Of a DNA stretch of 64,000 bases, positions 1 through 9,500 are shown piece by piece; the first letter of the stretch is position 1; each line of letters begins with the position of its first letter. This stretch comes from Utricularia gibba (lineage: Eukaryota > Plantae > Magnoliophyta): contig NEEC01000033.1 in NCBI GenBank assembly GCA_002189035.1, positions 7,290 to 71,289 on the forward strand. Reading direction: 5' to 3'. The notes beneath the pieces were generated by a model. The model saw only the letters and a program-made list of their open reading frames with translations. It was not told where the DNA came from and did no database searches. A program made the translations under genes and the position numbers.

Positions 1-534
1 TAACGAATCCAGTGCACGTGTGATTTTTAGGCTGCACCCCGAATGGTGATGCGCAATGAAATGACTAGGTCGCACATCCTGGTCCACGAAGCACCTCTTC
101 CAAAACATGCAGATCCTAACTCTTCATAGCACACCATTGGGAAGCCCGATTCGAGCTCCAAGTAGTATAATTTGGAGTTTCGTTTGTCCGATAACTGTGG
201 ACATATTAAAAACAAACCACAACGAAAAGTGTCTTACGTGTCCTTCCTTGGTGGCTGCGTTTAATATTGTGCTTCTCGTTCTCGAAATTGATGCAAACAA
301 GATACACGGCAAAAGAATCAAATAGCCACTAGAGACATGGTGTATGGGAATGGTGCATCAAGAATCAGAAGTATCATGGCAACTAATTGAATCAATCAAC
401 AGCCAAAACATATGGTGTCAAACTTCATCGGATATGCGATCAAGATGGAAAAAAGTCACATGTTACATCATGAATTTCGTGGCATCACTTATCCCAACAC
501 TATTATACTCCAGGTACGCAAAAATGTTTACTTT
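1..534 (+). repeat. Reference monomer, subfamily A
   Basis: Complete unit. Hand count A172 T141 C116 G105. Diagnostic alleles A29, G68, C115, G148, A154, T180, G190, T267, CAA298-300, C356, A390. Carries a SacI site (GAGCTC, 153-158). Confidence 0.97.
152..182. other. Imperfect inverted repeat (hairpin/cruciform-capable), present once per monomer
   Basis: CG[A/T]G-CTCCAA-GTAGTATAAT-TTGGAG-TT-[T/A]CG: a perfect 6-bp stem CTCCAA/TTGGAG (156-161/172-177), extended by CGA/TCG in A or CGT/ACG in B across a 1-nt bulge. Confidence 0.7.
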
Positions 535-3500
535 TAACGAATCCAGTGCACGTGTGATTTTTAGGCTGCACCCCGAATGGTGATGCGCAATGAAATGACT
601 AGGTCGCACATCCTGGTCCACGAAGCACCTCTTCCAAAACATGCAGATCCTAACTCTTCATAGCACACCATTGGGAAGCCCGATTCGAGCTCCAAGTAGT
701 ATAATTTGGAGTTTCGTTTGTCCGATAACTGTGGACATATTAAAAACAAACCACAACGAAAAGTGTCTTACGTGTCCTTCCTTGGTGGCTGCGTTTAATA
801 TTGTGCTTCTCGTTCTCGAAATTGATGCAAACAAGATACACGGCAAAAGAATCAAATAGCCACTAGAGACATGGTGTATGGGAATGGTGCATCAAGAATC
901 AGAAGTATCATGCAACTAATTGAATCAATCAACAGCCAAAACATATGGTGTCAAACTTCATCGGATATGCGATCAAGATGGAAAAAAGTCACATGTTACA
1001 TCATGAATTTCGTGGCATCACTTATCCCAACACTATTATACTCCAGGTACGCAAAAATGTTTACTTTTAACGAATCCAGTGCACGTGTGATTTTTAGGCT
1101 GCACCCCGAATGGTGATGCGCAATGAAATGACTAGTCGCACATCCTGGTCCACGAAGCACCTCTTCCAAAACATGCAGATCCTAACTCTTCATAGCACAC
1201 CATTGGGAAGCCCGATTCGAGCTCCAAGTAGTATAATTTGGAGTTTCGTTTGTCCGATAACTGTGGACATATTAAAAACAAACCACAACGAAAAGTGTCT
1301 TACGTGTCCTTCCTTGGTGGCTGCGTTTAATATTGTGCTTCTCGTTCTCGAAATTGATGCAAACAAGATACACGGCAAAAGAATCAAATAGCCACTAGAG
1401 ACATGGTGTATGGGAATGGTGCATCAAGAATCAGAAGTATCATGGCAACTAATTGAATCAATCAACAGCCAAAACATATGGTGTCAAACTTCATCGGATA
1501 TGCGATCAAGATGGAAAAAAGTCACATGTTACATCATGAATTTCGTGGCATCACTTATCCCAACACTATTATACTCCAGGTACGCAAAAATGTTTACTTT
1601 TAACGAATCCAGTGCACGTGTGATTTTTAGGCTGCACCCCGAATGGTGATGCGCAATGAAATGACTAGGTCGCACATCCTGGTCCACGAAGCACCTCTTC
1701 CAAAACATGCAGATCCTAACTCTTCATAGCACACCATTGGGAAGCCCGATTCGAGCTCCAAGTAGTATAATTTGGAGTTTCGTTTGTCCGATAACTGTGG
1801 ACATATTAAAAACAAACCACAACGAAAAGTGTCTTACGTGTCCTTCCTTGGTGGCTGCGTTTAATATTGTGCTTCTCGTTCTCGAAATTGATGCAAACAA
1901 GATACACGGCAAAAGAATCAAATAGCCACTAGAGACATGGTGTATGGGAATGGTGCATCAAGAATCAGAAGTATCATGGCAACTAATTGAATCAATCAAC
2001 AGCCAAAACATATGGTGTCAAACTTCATCGGATATGCGATCAAGATGGAAAAAAGTCACATGTTACATCATGAATTTCGTGGCATCACTTATCCCAACAC
2101 TATTATACTCCAGGTACGCAAAAATGTTTACTTTTAACGAATCCAGTGCACGTGTGATTTTTAGGCTGCACCCCGAATGGTGATGCGCAATGAAATGACT
2201 AGGTCGCACATCCTGGTCCACGAAGCACCTCTTCCAAAACATGCAGATCCTAACTCTTCATAGCACACCATTGGGAAGCCCGATTCGAGCTCCAAGTAGT
2301 ATAATTTGGAGTTTCGTTTGTCCGATAACTGTGGACATATTAAAAACAAACCACAACGAAAAGTGTCTTACGTGTCCTTCCTTGGTGGCTGCGTTTAATA
2401 TTGTGCTTCTCGTTCTCGAAATTGATGCAAAAGATACACGGCAAAAGAATCAAATAGCCACTAGAGACATGGTGTATGGGAATGGTGCATCAAGAATCAG
2501 AAGTATCATGGCAACTAATTGAATCAATCAACAGCCAAAACATATGGTGTCAAACTTCATCGGATATGCGATCAAGATGGAAAAAAGTCACATGTTACAT
2601 CATGAATTTCGTGGCATCACTTATCCCAACACTATTATACTCCAGGTACGCAAAAATGTTTACTTTTAACGAATCCAGTGCACGTGTGATTTTTAGGCTG
2701 CACCCCGAATGGTGATGCGCAATGAAATGACTAGGTCGCACATCCTGGTCCACGAAGCACCTCTTCCAAAACATGCAGATCCTAACTCTTCATAGCACAC
2801 CATTGGGAAGCCCGATTCGAGCTCCAAGTAGTATAATTTGGAGTTTCGTTTGTCCGATAACTGTGGACATATTAAAAACAAACCACAACGAAAAGTGTCT
2901 TACGTGTCCTTCCTTGGTGGCTGCGTTTAATATTGTGCTTCTCGTTCTCGAAATTGATGCAAACAAGATACACGGCAAAAGAATCAAATAGCCACTAGAG
3001 ACATGGTGTATGGGAATGGTGCATCAAGAATCAGAAGTATCATGGCAACTAATTGAATCAATCAACAGCCAAAACATATGGTGTCAAACTTCATCGGATA
3101 TGCGATCAAGATGGAAAAAAGTCACATGTTACATCATGAATTTCGTGGCATCACTTATCCCAACACTATTATACTCCAGGTACGCAAAAATGTTTACTTT
3201 TAACGAATCCAGTGCACGTGTGATTTTTAGGCTGCACCCCGAATGGTGATGCGCAATGAAATGACTAGGTCGCACATCCTGGTCCACGAAGCACCTCTTC
3301 CAAAACATGCAGATCCTAACTCTTCATAGCACACCATTGGGAAGCCCGATTCGAGCTCCAAGTAGTATAATTTGGAGTTTCGTTTGTCCGATAACTGTGG
3401 ACATATTAAAAACAAACCACAACGAAAAGTGTCTTACGTGTCCTTCCTTGGTGGCTGCGTTTAATATTGTGCTTCTCGTTCTCGAAATTGATGCAAACAA

Positions 3501-6500
3501 GATACACGGCAAAAGAATCAAATAGCCACTAGAGACATGGTGTATGGGAATGGTGCATCAAGAATCAGAAGTATCATGGCAACTAATTGAATCAATCAAC
3601 AGCCAAAACATATGGTGTCAAACTTCATCGGATATGCGATCAAGATGGAAAAAAGTCACATGTTACATCATGAATTTCGTGGCATCACTTATCCCAACAC
3701 TATTATACTCCAGGTACGCAAAAATGTTTACTTTTAACGAATCCAGTGCACGTGTGATTTTTAGGCTGCACCCCGAATGGTGATGCGCAATGAAATGACT
3801 AGGTCGCACATCCTGGTCCACGAAGCACCTCTTCCAAAACATGCAGATCCTAACTCTTCATAGCACACCATTGGGAAGCCCGATTCGAGCTCCAAGTAGT
3901 ATAATTTGGAGTTTCGTTTGTCCGATAACTGTGGACATATTAAAAACAAACCACAACGAAAAGTGTCTTACGTGTCCTTCCTTGGTGGCTGCGTTTAATA
4001 TTGTGCTTCTCGTTCTCGAAATTGATGCAAACAAGATACACGGCAAAAGAATCAAATAGCCACTAGAGACATGGTGTATGGGAATGGTGCATCAAGAATC
4101 AGAAGTATCATGGCAACTAATTGAATCAATCAACAGCCAAAACATATGGTGTCAAACTTCATCGGATATGCGATCAAGATGGAAAAAAGTCACATGTTAC
4201 ATCATGAATTTCGTGGCATCACTTATCCCAACACTATTATACTCCAGGTACGCAAAAATGTTTACTTTTAACGAATCCAGTGCACGTGTGATTTTTAGGC
4301 TGCACCCCGAATGGTGATGCGCAATGAAATGACTAGGTCGCACATCCTGGTCCACGAAGCACCTCTTCCAAAACATGCAGATCCTAACTCTTCATAGCAC
4401 ACCATTGGGAAGCCCGATTCGAGCTCCAAGTAGTATAATTTGGAGTTTCGTTTGTCCGATAACTGTGGACATATTAAAAACAAACCACAACGAAAAGTGT
4501 CTTACGTGTCCTTCCTTGGTGGCTGCGTTTAATATTGTGCTTCTCGTTCTCGAAATTGATGCAAACAAGATACACGGCAAAAGAATCAAATAGCCACTAG
4601 AGACATGGTGTATGGGAATGGTGCATCAAGAATCAGAAGTATCATGGCAACTAATTGAATCAATCAACAGCCAAAACATATGGTGTCAAACTTCATCGGA
4701 TATGCGATCAAGATGGAAAAAAGTCACATGTTACATCATGAATTTCGTGGCATCACTTATCCCAACACTATTATACTCCAGGTACGCAAAAATGTTTACT
4801 TTTAACGAATCCAGTGCACGTGTGATTTTTAGGCTGCACCCCGAATGGTGATGCGCAATGAAATGACTAGGTCGCACATCCTGGTCCACGAAGCACCTCT
4901 TCCAAAACATGCAGATCCTAACTCTTCATAGCACACCATTGGGAAGCCCGATTCGAGCTCCAAGTAGTATAATTTGGAGTTTCGTTTGTCCGATAACTGT
5001 GGACATATTAAAAACAAACCACAACGAAAAGTGTCTTACGTGTCCTTCCTTGGTGGCTGCGTTTAATATTGTGCTTCTCGTTCTCGAAATTGATGCAAAC
5101 AAGATACACGGCAAAAGAATCAAATAGCCACTAGAGACATGGTGTATGGGAATGGTGCATCAAGAATCAGAAGTATCATGGCAACTAATTGAATCAATCA
5201 ACAGCCAAAACATATGGTGTCAAACTTCATCGGATATGCGATCAAGATGGAAAAAAGTCACATGTTACATCATGAATTTCGTGGCATCACTTATCCCAAC
5301 ACTATTATACTCAGGTACGCAAAAATGTTTACTTTTAACGAATCCAGTGCACGTGTGATTTTTAGGCTGCACCCCGAATGGTGATGCGCAATGAAATGAC
5401 TAGGTCGCACATCCTGGTCCACGAAGCACCTCTTCCAAAACATGCAGATCCTAACTCTTCATAGCACACCATTGGGAAGCCCGATTCGAGCTCCAAGTAG
5501 TATAATTTGGAGTTTCGTTTGTCCGATAACTGTGGACATATTAAAAACAAACCACAACGAAAAGTGTCTTACGTGTCCTTCCTTGGTGGCTGCGTTTAAT
5601 ATTGTGCTTCTCGTTCTCGAAATTGATGCAAACAAGATACACGGCAAAAGAATCAAATAGCCACTAGAGACATGGTGTATGGGAATGGTGCATCAAGAAT
5701 CAGAAGTATCATGGCAACTAATTGAATCAATCAACAGCCAAAACATATGGTGTCAAACTTCATCGGATATGCGATCAAGATGGAAAAAAGTCACATGTTA
5801 CATCATGAATTTCGTGGCATCACTTATCCCAACACTATTATACTCCAGGTACGCAAAAATGTTTACTTTTAACGAATCCAGTGCACGTGTGATTTTTAGG
5901 CTGCACCCCGAATGGTGATGCGCAATGAAATGACTAGGTCGCACATCCTGGTCCACGAAGCACCTCTTCCAAAACATGCAGATCCTAACTCTTCATAGCA
6001 CACCATTGGGAAGCCCGATTCGAGCTCCAAGTAGTATAATTTGGAGTTTCGTTTGTCCGATAACTGTGGACATATTAAAAACAAACCACAACGAAAAGTG
6101 TCTTACGTGTCCTTCCTTGGTGGCTGCGTTTAATATTGTGCTTCTCGTTCTCGAAATTGATGCAAAAGATACACGGCAAAAGAATCAAATAGCCACTAGA
6201 GACATGGTGTATGGGAATGGTGCATCAAGAATCAGAAGTATCATGGCAACTAATTGAATCAATCAACAGCCAAAACATATGGTGTCAAACTTCATCGGAT
6301 ATGCGATCAAGATGGAAAAAAGTCACATGTTACATCATGAATTTCGTGGCATCACTTATCCCAACACTATTATACTCCAGGTACGCAAAAATGTTTACTT
6401 TTAACGAATCCAGTGCACGTGTGATTTTTAGGCTGCACCCCGAATGGTGATGCGCAATGAAATGACTAGGTCGCACATCCTGGTCCACGAAGCACCTCTT

Positions 6501-9500
6501 CCAAAACATGCAGATCCTAACTCTTCATAGCACACCATTGGGAAGCCCGATTCGAGCTCCAAGTAGTATAATTTGGAGTTTCGTTTGTCCGATAACTGTG
6601 GACATATTAAAAACAAACCACAACGAAAAGTGTCTTACGTGTCCTTCCTTGGTGGCTGCGTTTAATATTGTGCTTCTCGTTCTCGAAATTGATGCAAACA
6701 AGATACACGGCAAAAGAATCAAATAGCCACTAGAGACATGGTGTATGGGAATGGTGCATCAAGAATCAGAAGTATCATGGCAACTAATTGAATCAATCAA
6801 CAGCCAAAACATATGGTGTCAAACTTCATCGGATATGCGATCAAGATGGAAAAAAGTCACATGTTACATCATGAATTTCGTGGCATCACTTATCCCAACA
6901 CTATTATACTCCAGGTACGCAAAAATGTTTACTTTTAACGAATCCAGTGCACGTGTGATTTTTAGGCTGCACCCCGAATGGTGATGCGCAATGAAATGAC
7001 TAGGTCGCACATCCTGGTCCACGAAGCACCTCTTCCAAAACATGCAGATCCTAACTCTTCATAGCACACCATTGGGAAGCCCGATTCGAGCTCCAAGTAG
7101 TATAATTTGGAGTTTCGTTTGTCCGATAACTGTGGACATATTAAAAACAAACCACAACGAAAAGTGTCTTACGTGTCCTTCCTTGGTGGCTGCGTTTAAT
7201 ATTGTGCTTCTCGTTCTCGAAATTGATGCAAACAAGATACACGGCAAAAGAATCAAATAGCCACTAGAGACATGGTGTATGGGAATGGTGCATCAAGAAT
7301 CAGAAGTATCATGGCAACTAATTGAATCAATCAACAGCCAAAACATATGGTGTCAAACTTCATCGGATATGCGATCAAGATGGAAAAAAGTCACATGTTA
7401 CATCATGAATTTCGTGGCATCACTTATCCCAACACTATTATACTCCAGGTACGCAAAAATGTTTACTTTTAACGAATCCAGTGCACGTGTGATTTTTAGG
7501 CTGCACCCCGAATGGTGATGCGCAATGAAATGACTAGGTCGCACATCCTGGTCCACGAAGCACCTCTTCCAAAACATGCAGATCCTAACTCTTCATAGCA
7601 CACCATTGGGAAGCCCGATTCGAGCTCCAAGTAGTATAATTTGGAGTTTCGTTTGTCCGATAACTGTGGACATATTAAAAACAAACCACAACGAAAAGTG
7701 TCTTACGTGTCCTTCCTTGGTGGCTGCGTTTAATATTGTGCTTCTCGTTCTCGAAATTGATGCAAACAAGATACACGGCAAAAGAATCAAATAGCCACTA
7801 GAGACATGGTGTATGGGAATGGTGCATCAAGAATCAGAAGTATCATGGCAACTAATTGAATCAATCAACAGCCAAAACATATGGTGTCAAACTTCATCGG
7901 ATATGCGATCAAGATGGAAAAAAGTCACATGTTACATCATGAATTTCGTGGCATCACTTATCCCAACACTATTATACTCCAGGTACGCAAAAATGTTTAC
8001 TTTTAACGAATCCAGTGCACGTGTGATTTTTAGGCTGCACCCCGAATGGTGATGCGCAATGAAATGACTAGGTCGCACATCCTGGTCCACGAAGCACCTC
8101 TTCCAAAACATGCAGATCCTAACTCTTCATAGCACACCATTGGGAAGCCCGATTCGAGCTCCAAGTAGTATAATTTGGAGTTTCGTTTGTCCGATAACTG
8201 TGGACATATTAAAAACAAACCACAACGAAAAGTGTCTTACGTGTCCTTCCTTGGTGGCTGCGTTTAATATTGTGCTTCTCGTTCTCGAAATTGATGCAAA
8301 CAAGATACACGGCAAAAGAATCAAATAGCCACTAGAGACATGGTGTATGGGAATGGTGCATCAAGAATCAGAAGTATCATGGCAACTAATTGAATCAATC
8401 AACAGCCAAAACATATGGTGTCAAACTTCATCGGATATGCGATCAAGATGGAAAAAAGTCACATGTTACATCATGAATTTCGTGGCATCACTTATCCCAA
8501 CACTATTATACTCCAGGTACGCAAAAATGTTTACTTTTAACGAATCCAGTGCACGTGTGATTTTTAGGCTGCACCCCGAATGGTGATGCGCAATGAAATG
8601 ACTAGTCGCACATCCTGGTCCACGAAGCACCTCTTCCAAAACATGCAGATCCTAACTCTTCATAGCACACCATTGGGAAGCCCGATTCGAGCTCCAAGTA
8701 GTATAATTTGGAGTTTCGTTTGTCCGATAACTGTGGACATATTAAAAACAAACCACAACGAAAAGTGTCTTACGTGTCCTTCCTTGGTGGCTGCGTTTAA
8801 TATTGTGCTTCTCGTTCTCGAAATTGATGCAAACAAGATACACGGCAAAAGAATCAAATAGCCACTAGAGACATGGTGTATGGGAATGGTGCATCAAGAA
8901 TCAGAAGTATCATGGCAACTAATTGATCAATCAACAGCCAAAACATATGGTGTCAAACTTCATCGGATATGCGATCAAGATGGAAAAAAGTCACATGTTA
9001 CATCATGAATTTCGTGGCATCACTTATCCCAACACTATTATACTCCAGGTACGCAAAAATGTTTACTTTTAACGAATCCAGTGCACGTGTGATTTTTAGG
9101 CTGCACCCCGAATGGTGATGCGCAATGAAATGACTAGGTCGCACATCCTGGTCCACGAAGCACCTCTTCCAAAACATGCAGATCCTAACTCTTCATAGCA
9201 CACCATTGGGAAGCCCGATTCGAGCTCCAAGTAGTATAATTTGGAGTTTCGTTTGTCCGATAACTGTGGACATATTAAAAACAAACCACAACGAAAAGTG
9301 TCTTACGTGTCCTTCCTTGGTGGCTGCGTTTAATATTGTGCTTCTCGTTCTCGAAATTGATGCAAAAGATACACGGAAAAAGAATCAAATAGCCACTAGA
9401 GACATGGTGTATGGGAATGGTGCATCAAGAATCAGAAGTATCATGCAACTAATTGATCAATCAACAGCCAAAACATATGGTGTCAAACTTCATCGGATAT

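Noticed and set aside
12-20. G-box/E-box CACGTG overlapping GTGCAC as a regulatory site
   Set aside because: A single 6-mer palindrome with no gene context; expected by chance.
127-158. Pol III A/B boxes of a SINE or tRNA (TAGCACA..., GATTCGAGCTC)
   Set aside because: Two mismatches to the B-box consensus, spacing too short, no cloverleaf, and the motif is destroyed in subfamily B.
65-357. Restriction-site avoidance (B loses CTAG, GATC, TCGA/GAGCTC, AATATT, TGCA)
   Set aside because: B also gains ACGT and TGCA and keeps other copies of GATC, CTAG and TCGA. The counts are within chance for 11 sites.
138-442. 5S rDNA array (similar unit size; ATGCGATCA at 434, TGGGAAG at 138 and AGTAGTA at 161 resemble 5S segments)
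   Set aside because: The matches are 7-9 nt, in the wrong order and spacing for a 120-nt 5S gene. No continuous 5S alignment is visible.
400-485. Hammerhead ribozyme as in newt satellite 2, schistosome Sm-alpha or cave-cricket pDo500 (minus strand has CCGATGA and CGAAA)
   Set aside because: No CUGANGA core on either strand, and I could not build stems II and III around the near-match. An Infernal search would be the formal test.
476-492. CENP-B box
   Set aside because: TTTCGTGGCA matches only the 5' half; the required CGGG is absent.
1-534. Trimer of a 178-bp centromeric monomer
   Set aside because: The three 178-bp thirds show no alignment by eye; internal similarity lies at ~300 and 47 bp offsets instead.
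1-534. Identity with known ~530-570-bp satellites (e.g. Phaseolus khipu, Apis AvaI)
   Set aside because: Only the length is similar. I cannot verify sequence identity without a database search, so no name is assigned.
107-583. Recurring 62-79-aa ORFs, and longer fusions of up to 178 aa, as protein genes
   Set aside because: They overlap on both strands and repeat only because the monomer repeats. Longer versions are created by frameshifting deletions. There is no recognisable domain, and A/B differences show no significant synonymous excess.
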